Below are positions 58,166 to 64,000 of a stretch of 64,000 bases of DNA, in pieces. Below the pieces are notes generated by a model, which was given only the letters and a program-made list of their open reading frames with translations, had not been told where the DNA came from and made no database searches. The DNA is taken from positions 406 through 64,405 of the forward strand of contig CANFUR010000001.1 of NCBI GenBank assembly GCA_947450175.1, given 5' to 3'. The DNA is from Actinomycetota bacterium (GTDB lineage Bacteria; Actinomycetota; Actinomycetes; Nanopelagicales; Nanopelagicaceae). Each line of letters starts with the position of its first letter. Positions within the stretch are counted from its first letter, which is position 1. The translations under genes were made by a program, and so were the position numbers.

Positions 58166-59838
58166 GGTTTCTCCTTTTGTTTGATTAGTGCGTTATAACT
58201 TTTCTCTAAACTGGCTATGAGCTCTTCTTTTTTATCATGTACAAGGTCGTAGCCTGCTGCGGGACTAACACGCATCCACTCTTCAAAATCCAGAATTAAT
58301 TCGCTATCGGCTTCAAGGTTATAAAAAGCTACTGCCCCGCCCATTTGGTGTGAGGTTGCTTCTAGCTCATTGTGCGGTGACGCCTTTAAGGCATTTATTG
58401 CCTTGTGCAACACGTTCAGACGATTCGTTGAAATCAAACAATCTACCTCAGATAAATACTGTGGGAATTCAACGGTGAAAGTGCTTCCCACATTTACTTC
58501 AGACTCAACACGAATTGTTGCCGAATGCAGTTCCAAGATTCTAGAAACAATTGCTAGGCCAAGACCGGTTCCATCAATCTGGTTGGCAACGGCATTGCCT
58601 GCTCGGTAGAAACGTGTAAATAGTTTGGGCACGTCGGCGGCAGGGATGCCGATCCCCTGATCCTTAATCTCAAGACGGATGAAATTATCACCGGAATCTT
58701 TTGTAAATGAAGAGAGCGAAACTTCGATGCGAGAGCCTTCAGGGCTGAACTTAATTGCATTGGAAAGAAGATTGAGCACAACTTGAGAAATCTGGCCGCT
58801 ATTGCCCAGGATTACATAATCCTGGAGCTCTGATGCATGAAATTCAAAAGTTATGGACTTTTCATCAGTTAAGGGCGACAGGATAAAGAACTTCTTTTGA
58901 ACAATCTCCTTCAAGTAAACTTTTTCGTGCTCTGAGATCTGTTCAGCTGAATCAAGATTTGATAATGAAAGAATGCTTCCAATGACATCCAATAAAACAT
59001 TGGAATTTCGCTCGATTACACCGGTTATCTTCTCAAAATCTGATTCTCGATCATCGACTTTAAATGATCTAAGCACTTCTATATAACCGATAATCGAAGT
59101 CAACGGAGTCCGAAGTTCGTGGTTCACGGTTGCAATAAAATCATTTTTATTGCGATTGAGTTCTTCCAGGGTTTTAACTGTCGTTTCCGCACTTTCTAGC
59201 CGCTTAATCGCAATCGCTAACGCCGCAGCTTCCTGGTCAAGATTTCGACTTGCAAGCCAGTATTGATTCCTAAATGAAATACCACCAGAAATCAGAAAGA
59301 TCGAGGTCAGCAAGATCAAGGCAAGAAGTAACCAAAGATTGATTAAGGTCTTGTGACTTCTTTTCTCGGCTGAAAGGCGAATATGTGAATCTAGCTCCTG
59401 TTGGTAATCAACAACCATTGTTCGAGACTGTGCCAACATCTGATTAATGAAATCACCAGCTTTGGCCTCTAGCGCCGAGTGCATATTTTCAGGCAATAAT
59501 CCAGATGGAGCAGAAGCCAAAATTTGATCTGAAAGCTTAAGTGCATTCACGTATTCAGGAGCAGCTCTTTGACCAGTACTGGTTCCATCGGCATTTATTA
59601 CATTCAATCTCTGCGCTAAAAATGCTCGCGCAATTTCTACATCTCGCTTTGGAATCAAACCACCCAGCCACTCAGAATATCGAATCGTATAAGCAAGGCT
59701 TTCGCGCTGCGTAAAGATGATTGAGGTTGCCGTGGATTGAGCCGAGGAGAACACACGTGTTTCTTCTGATGCAAAGCGCGAACTGGAGATCATAAATCCA
59801 CTTAAAACAAGGAGATTAATGATGATCGCCACTAACAA
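58162..59838 (-). CDS. sensor histidine kinase with a ~150-aa extracytoplasmic domain and an extra ~95-aa C-terminal (possibly HPt-like) domain
   Basis: Two TM segments, H-box VNHELRTPLTSIIGY, N-box LLSNAIKFSP and G-boxes DQGIGI / GTGLGLAIV. TTG start. Confidence 0.9.
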   Translation of the reverse strand: MLVAIIINLLVLSGFMISSSRFASEETRVFSSAQSTATSIIFTQRESLAYTIRYSEWLGGLIPKRDVEIARAFLAQRLNVINADGTSTGQRAAPEYVNALKLSDQILASAPSGLLPENMHSALEAKAGDFINQMLAQSRTMVVDYQQELDSHIRLSAEKRSHKTLINLWLLLALILLTSIFLISGGISFRNQYWLASRNLDQEAAALAIAIKRLESAETTVKTLEELNRNKNDFIATVNHELRTPLTSIIGYIEVLRSFKVDDRESDFEKITGVIERNSNVLLDVIGSILSLSNLDSAEQISEHEKVYLKEIVQKKFFILSPLTDEKSITFEFHASELQDYVILGNSGQISQVVLNLLSNAIKFSPEGSRIEVSLSSFTKDSGDNFIRLEIKDQGIGIPAADVPKLFTRFYRAGNAVANQIDGTGLGLAIVSRILELHSATIRVESEVNVGSTFTVEFPQYLSEVDCLISTNRLNVLHKAINALKASPHNELEATSHQMGGAVAFYNLEADSELILDFEEWMRVSPAAGYDLVHDKKEELIASLEKSYNALIKQKEKP

Positions 59839-59904
59839 AATCCTCTGCGCCAGAGGAACTCTGAAGTGAATACCCTCAGTTTCGGAAAATTGTGTAGTGC
59901 TCAG

Positions 59905-60426
59905 TTAGGCCACACTTATTTCCTTTAGAGACCAATTCCAAGGATCTAGGAACTTGGACCACTTGCTCTTGTCAGGGAAAATTATGCGGATCGGGCCACC
60001 TTGGTCGTAACCAATAGCTTTGCCACTTCGTGAAATCGCTAAATATCCATTTGCAGTTACAAAGCTAGATGCAGTATTTGTGTAAATGTAATCATTTAAA
60101 GCGCTTGTCTGAACTTTGTCGGCACCGTTAATCGATGCCAAAGCAAAAATCGATTTCAAAGGGATAGCTTTGAAGCTTTGGGTCTTTTTAACAAATGGCT
60201 CATGAATTGTGATTGTGCTTGACTTCATTGCCTTCAAATCATTCATCGAAAGCTTCTTTGTAACAGAGCCTTTTGAGATTATCAGAATGATTTCAGTAGG
60301 TGCTGGCGGCGAAACCTTTGCACCACCGTATGGATTTGCATCGGCAGCGTTACTTGCAGGAATAAATGCCACTGCAGACACAGTAAATAAAGCAAAAACT
60401 AAGGTTTTAAATAGGATTTTTCTCAT
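59905..60426 (-). CDS. periplasmic protein resembling the molybdopterin-oxidoreductase substrate-binding domain (accessory sensor candidate)
   Basis: Signal peptide ending SNA. SALNDY and GGPIRIIFP...WNWSLKEISV resemble the small Oxidored_molyb-like proteins often encoded next to sensors (from memory). Confidence 0.45.
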   Translation of the reverse strand: MRKILFKTLVFALFTVSAVAFIPASNAADANPYGGAKVSPPAPTEIILIISKGSVTKKLSMNDLKAMKSSTITIHEPFVKKTQSFKAIPLKSIFALASINGADKVQTSALNDYIYTNTASSFVTANGYLAISRSGKAIGYDQGGPIRIIFPDKSKWSKFLDPWNWSLKEISVA

Positions 60427-60453
60427 TAACTTCTCTCCGTTTTCAGTTAATAA

Positions 60454-60843
60454 TTAAATTACTTCGCTAAAGATCTCTTGGACTTTTTCAGCCAAATACG
60501 CTGGTCGAAATGGCTTAACAATGTACGACGACACCCCTAGTTCAACAGCAGCATCTATGTCATCGATTGTAGATTTTGCAGTGATCATCATTACCGGGAC
60601 TTCATTTATTTTTTTATCTTTATGTTCACGAATTGCAGATAGAACTTCTAAACCAGACAAGCCAGGCATCATTACATCAAGCAAAATTAAATCGGGCTTT
60701 AAGGTATTTGCTTTTTCTAATGCATCCGCTCCGTCAACAGCTGCATTAACTTCATAACCTTCTTTTTGAAGTACTAATGAGAGGAGACCGCGAATATCTT
60801 CGTTGTCATCTACAACCAAAATACTTTTAGTTGAATCGGCCAT
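60454..60843 (-). CDS. single-domain (CheY-like) response regulator
   Basis: 129 aa, REC domain only (VVDDNEDIR, LILLDVMMPG, ITAKS, KPF). Confidence 0.9.
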   Translation of the reverse strand: MADSTKSILVVDDNEDIRGLLSLVLQKEGYEVNAAVDGADALEKANTLKPDLILLDVMMPGLSGLEVLSAIREHKDKKINEVPVMMITAKSTIDDIDAAVELGVSSYIVKPFRPAYLAEKVQEIFSEVI

Positions 60844-60925
60844 TTCTATTTTCCTTACTCTCTTTGGTTAAGTAGGAGCAGTGTTGCACGACTAAATGCA
60901 TATTCATACTCACAAAACTCCGATT

Positions 60926-60996
60926 GAGGGGTTACCTAAATACTGTGTAGTAGACGTCGGACTTTCGTGAGGTTTACGAGAGGTTACTGATTTACC
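60926..60996. repeat. four direct copies of a GAGG(T/G)TTAC-like motif in the divergent promoter region
   Basis: GAGGGGTTACC at 60926, GAGGTTTAC at 60969, GAGGTTAC at 60980 and GATTTAC at 60989. The last three are spaced about one helical turn apart and abut a TACCTT -10-like hexamer (60993-60998). Confidence 0.5.
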
Positions 60997-61004
60997 TTCG
61001 CGAC

Positions 61005-61682
61005 ATGAACAAAGCGATTCGGGCTACCCGAAAAAAGTCAAAGGTTATGGCGATAGCAATAAAAGCCATCTCAGTTCTTTTTGTCATCGCTCTTGTTGCA
61101 GCCCCAACTGTTTTGCATAATTCATTTGGCTATGGGATTTCACCTGTTTTATCCGGCAGTATGCGCCCTTACGCACAACCTGGTGATGCATTCATCACAA
61201 TAATTCGCCCAGCTTCAGATTTAAAAGTTGGTGACATTGTCACTTTGCATTCAGCCAATTCTGCAGATTTATATGCACACAGAATTATTGAGCTCCGCCA
61301 ATTAAATGGCTTGGTGCGCATCATCACTAAAGGTGATGCAAACCCGACTGCCGAAGAAGACCCATTCCTAGTTTCACCCGATGAACAGGTTCCCGTAACT
61401 ATTGCGCGAATATTGTGGATCGGAAAAGTTCTCGTTTATCTCACTTCAGTTCAAGGCCGACAAGCAGGAATGATACTGCTCGTTGTCGCAAATGTTTTGG
61501 CATTGGTTTTATCAATGTTCAAAAAGAAAGTAAAAGAAAGAAATCTACGGCTAGAGCAGGTCTACAAGGATCTGTATGTAGAAGCACGTGCAACAAAGGC
61601 AAAAGATCAAAAGAAAATGCAACTCTACAAAGAACTCTATGCGGAGTCCCGTAACGAGTTACAAACTATCAAGGAGATCTAA
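61005..61682 (+). CDS. sipW: signal peptidase I, archaeal/SipW type (S26B) with a C-terminal TM helix and a charged repeat tail
   Basis: VLSGSMRPYAQPGDAFI (Ser box), AHRIIE (His box) and ITKGDANPTAEEDP (GDxN box) match SipW-type peptidases. N-terminal basic segment plus TM anchor. Confidence 0.85.
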   Translation: MNKAIRATRKKSKVMAIAIKAISVLFVIALVAAPTVLHNSFGYGISPVLSGSMRPYAQPGDAFITIIRPASDLKVGDIVTLHSANSADLYAHRIIELRQLNGLVRIITKGDANPTAEEDPFLVSPDEQVPVTIARILWIGKVLVYLTSVQGRQAGMILLVVANVLALVLSMFKKKVKERNLRLEQVYKDLYVEARATKAKDQKKMQLYKELYAESRNELQTIKEI

Positions 61683-62339
61683 ATGAACCTCTTATCTGGA
61701 ACAGTCATACAAAGTGCAGCTCGATTATCAGTTAAATTAGTGGTAGTTGCTGCAGCAACTGTCGGTGGCGGAGCTTTAGTTAGTTCTTCTGTCTTCGCAT
61801 CGTTAACTGCAGTTGCCACTGCATCAACGGCAGTAACAACAGGTACTTTAAAACTTACACAAACAGCCACTGGTGCATCCGGCGGCTTTGCCACTGCTAT
61901 TACAGCAATGGCTCCGGGAGACTCAATTAATCGTTACGTCACCTTGCTCAACGGCGGAACTTTAGATGCAATTACGCCTACTTTGCGAGTCGCAGACAGC
62001 GGAACAACCACACTTACTACAGATGGCACAAATGGTTTGCAGGTCACAGTTGCCGCGTGCAGCGTTGCCTGGACACAAGCAACTGGAGTTTGTTCTGGAA
62101 CAACCACCGCGGTATTGGCTTCAACCTCAGCCAATACGCTTCTTTCAAATACAGCATTGAACCTTCCATCAAATACTGCTGCTGCTTCAACTGCGCTCAA
62201 GATTACGATCGCACTTCCTGCAGGAACAGAAGTGACAACTAATGGAACATTGCCTGTTGGCACCGTCCAAGGTCTAACTCCTACATTGACTTGGACATTT
62301 ACTGAAACACAACGTACTGCAACTGCAACTAATAGTTAA
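61683..62339 (+). CDS. TasA/camelysin-like secreted protein with a SipW-type (alternate) signal peptide
   Basis: Its ATG abuts the sipW stop (TAAATG). VFASLTAVATASTAVTTGTLKL / AMAPGDS / LLNGGTLDAI / TLTWTFTETQ line up with B. subtilis TasA TWAAFNDIKSKDATFASGTLDL / NLKPGDK / FENNGSLAIK / LQFSFEATQ as remembered. Confidence 0.65.
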   Translation: MNLLSGTVIQSAARLSVKLVVVAAATVGGGALVSSSVFASLTAVATASTAVTTGTLKLTQTATGASGGFATAITAMAPGDSINRYVTLLNGGTLDAITPTLRVADSGTTTLTTDGTNGLQVTVAACSVAWTQATGVCSGTTTAVLASTSANTLLSNTALNLPSNTAAASTALKITIALPAGTEVTTNGTLPVGTVQGLTPTLTWTFTETQRTATATNS

Positions 62340-62383
62340 TTAGTCACGGGACTTAACGCAATCGGAGAGGAGGCAAGACAACT

Positions 62384-63169
62384 GTGAGGATTGTTCGTCT
62401 TGCCACCATCGCAGCTCTGGTAGGTGCCATAACTATGGCACCTACCGAGTTGGGATCGGCCGAAGCTGTCGTTACTGCCAAAGCCACTGCCGCTTCAATG
62501 TCGGTCGGTACAACACAATTCGCAGCAGTTGCTGGTGCAACATCTGCATCAACTACAGCAGCTGCATATCTTCTTCCTACATTTACAGCAGGTTGCGTCC
62601 AAGCGCGCAATACATCTGGAATCATCTCTTCTGGATCCACAACCATCGGAATTGCAACATCAACCACCGGTTATATAGTCGGCATGGTGGTTACTGCTGG
62701 TGTAGCTGGAATTCAAACAGGTTCTAAGATTGTGAGCATAAAAGCAACAGCACCAAGAAACATTGTGATTTCCTTGGCTACTACAGCAAGTATTGCAAAC
62801 GGTACGGCAATAACTGGTAGTGGTTGTTGGCAGCAATATTTCAATGTAAATAACATCAAACCACTTGCATTAGTATCTTTTGGAATCTCCCAAGCCGTAA
62901 CTTCTAGCGGCACAGACACAATCACATTACAAAAGTGTGCCGGTACATGGACAGAAAGCACTGGTGTCTGCTCTGGAGCTATTACAACCATTGTCACAAC
63001 CACAGTAGGTGTGACAAGTGCGGTCTTTACGGTGGCTACGGCGCTGGCTGCGTCCACTGGAACTGCCCGCCTTCGAGCATTGGCGACAATTGATGGAATT
63101 ACCTCAACAATTTCTATCAACGTACGTGCTGGAACTGATTTACGCGCTCCAATTACCTCTAACTCTTAA
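62384..63169 (+). CDS. second TasA-like / alternate-signal-peptide secreted protein (divergent paralog)
   Basis: GTG start after a GGAGAGGAGG RBS, with an N-terminal signal-like segment. It shares the C-x10-C loop (CAGTWTESTGVCSG versus CSVAWTQATGVCSG) and the Thr/Ala/Ser/Gly-rich beta-type composition with the upstream gene. Confidence 0.5.
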   Translation: MRIVRLATIAALVGAITMAPTELGSAEAVVTAKATAASMSVGTTQFAAVAGATSASTTAAAYLLPTFTAGCVQARNTSGIISSGSTTIGIATSTTGYIVGMVVTAGVAGIQTGSKIVSIKATAPRNIVISLATTASIANGTAITGSGCWQQYFNVNNIKPLALVSFGISQAVTSSGTDTITLQKCAGTWTESTGVCSGAITTIVTTTVGVTSAVFTVATALAASTGTARLRALATIDGITSTISINVRAGTDLRAPITSNS

Positions 63170-63301
63170 CCTGCGCACTCCCGCTTAGGCTCGCACCCCG
63201 CCCCAAACTCTCAGCATCCACTCAGGTGCCGTGGACCATTTCCTCAACTCTCCCGCCCATAGTTGCCCCATTCCCACTCGAGGGCTATCGAAAGGCACAA
63301 C

Positions 63302-63550
63302 ATGAAGAAGATCCTCACAGCATCACTAGTTGCACTTGCATTGGTAACAACATCAGTTTCAGCTAATGCAGCTGGCACTACAACAATCAAAAAGCCTTCA
63401 GGCGCAGCTGCCGAAGGTACTGCAGCGCATGAATCAAGCGAGACAGGCGAAACGCAGAAGAAGGAAGCAACTGCACCTAAGAAGGCGACTTCTAAGAAGA
63501 CTGCGACAAAGAAGCCAGTTGCTAAGAAATCAAAGAAAGCAACTAAGTAA
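63302..63550 (+). CDS. small secreted Lys-rich intrinsically disordered protein
   Basis: ATG at 63302 after a GAAAGG RBS. Signal peptide MKKILTASLVALALVTTSVSANA. The mature ~59 aa lack hydrophobic residues and end in KK-rich repeats. Confidence 0.55.
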   Translation: MKKILTASLVALALVTTSVSANAAGTTTIKKPSGAAAEGTAAHESSETGETQKKEATAPKKATSKKTATKKPVAKKSKKATK

Positions 63551-63573
63551 TTAAGTAACTAGATTTCTCCGAA

Positions 63574-63611
63574 TAAAAAACTCCGCCATCGAGGGAAGGC
63601 GGAGTTTTTTA
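63574..63611. terminator. bidirectional rho-independent terminator
   Basis: AAAAAA-CTCCGCC-atcgagggaa-GGCGGAG-TTTTTT between convergent genes. Confidence 0.75.
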
Positions 63612-63616
63612 TTGCC

Positions 63617-64000
63617 TTAAACAAATGCCTCAGCAACAGTTACAACGTTGGCTTTGCGCCCCGGCAGTTCATATTCAGTAAATGACGCATTTAGATCATC
63701 TACTAGAACTTCCGCACTTACAGATTGACCTTCAAAGGTGTAGTCAGTTGTTGTGTGCGCATCTTCTATCAACGTCACGTCGTATCCGCGATCTAGCGCC
63801 CCATGGCCGGTATGTCGCACGCAGTTATTGGTTTGCGCACCAGTTAAGTAAAGATGTCCCACATGTAACTTAGCTAAGACTTCTTCAAGTGTTGTGGCCT
63901 CAAATGAATTTCTATATAGCTTTCCTACTTTGCTTTCAGAATCCAGCGGAACAAGCTCTTCAACAATCTGCCAATCATCAGACCCAATAGCCATCCAGTC
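63617..64000 (-). CDS. isochorismatase-family cysteine hydrolase, C-terminal part; 5' end lies outside the window
   Basis: LYLTGAQTNNCVRHTGHGALDRGYDVTLIEDAHTT contains the catalytic Cys region. The N-terminal DVQNDF-type region is absent, so the gene continues past base 64000. Confidence 0.7.
   Translation of the reverse strand, partial: DWMAIGSDDWQIVEELVPLDSESKVGKLYRNSFEATTLEEVLAKLHVGHLYLTGAQTNNCVRHTGHGALDRGYDVTLIEDAHTTTDYTFEGQSVSAEVLVDDLNASFTEYELPGRKANVVTVAEAFV

Noticed and set aside
61934-63120. Three 104-135-aa minus-strand ORFs inside the TasA-like genes
   Set aside because: They are by-products of the strongly biased Thr/Ala/Gly codon composition of the plus-strand genes. The plus-strand frames have signal peptides, an RBS and TasA-like motifs.
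1-64000. Scan for tRNA, rRNA, CRISPR arrays, transposases, integrases, prophage or defence-system genes
   Set aside because: None recognised. The intergenic regions are short, and the few larger ones are accounted for by the riboswitch, the SOS/NrdR control region, the sugar-locus control region and the divergent sensory/fibre promoter. A by-eye scan cannot fully exclude small RNAs.

Overview
This 64-kb window looks like a chromosomal segment from a tightly packed actinobacterium (Actinomycetota) with fairly low GC. Gene content and order support that: divergent glgC/glgA(glgM), rplS-lepB-rnhB-yraN-comM-dprA, sepH, an HrdB-type principal sigma factor with an AKKA-repeat tail, a SAM-IV riboswitch ahead of metY-metX, nrdR-nrdJ, and a LysM gene divergent from lexA with TCGAAC-N4-GTTCGA SOS boxes. 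Tiny intergenic gaps and overlapping stop codons suggest a streamlined genome, possibly a freshwater planktonic lineage; that is inference only. Bases 1-39,600 are mostly housekeeping, with a heme/iron-type ABC uptake island at 27.4-31.9 kb. Bases 39,700-56,750 are carbohydrate genes: an ABC exporter and a cytoplasmic GH5, then an 11-gene same-strand mannan-type utilisation string ending in a split acyltransferase-3/SGNH pair. Bases 56,800-63,600 hold a five-gene sensory operon (stand-alone REC, periplasmic protein, histidine kinase with a possible HPt tail, OmpR-type regulator, methyltransferase). It is divergent from an operon encoding an archaeal-type (SipW-like) signal peptidase, two TasA/camelysin-like secreted proteins and a small secreted Lys-rich protein. 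I rate this last locus the best candidate for an undescribed system, namely a regulated extracellular fibre or matrix module. Other notable points are a ParC-like topoisomerase subunit with no C-terminal DNA-wrapping domain and two secreted four-Cys paralogs sitting where heme receptors normally lie. I recognised no rRNA, tRNA, CRISPR array, transposase or integrase. All family assignments come from motif recognition by eye, and no database search was run.
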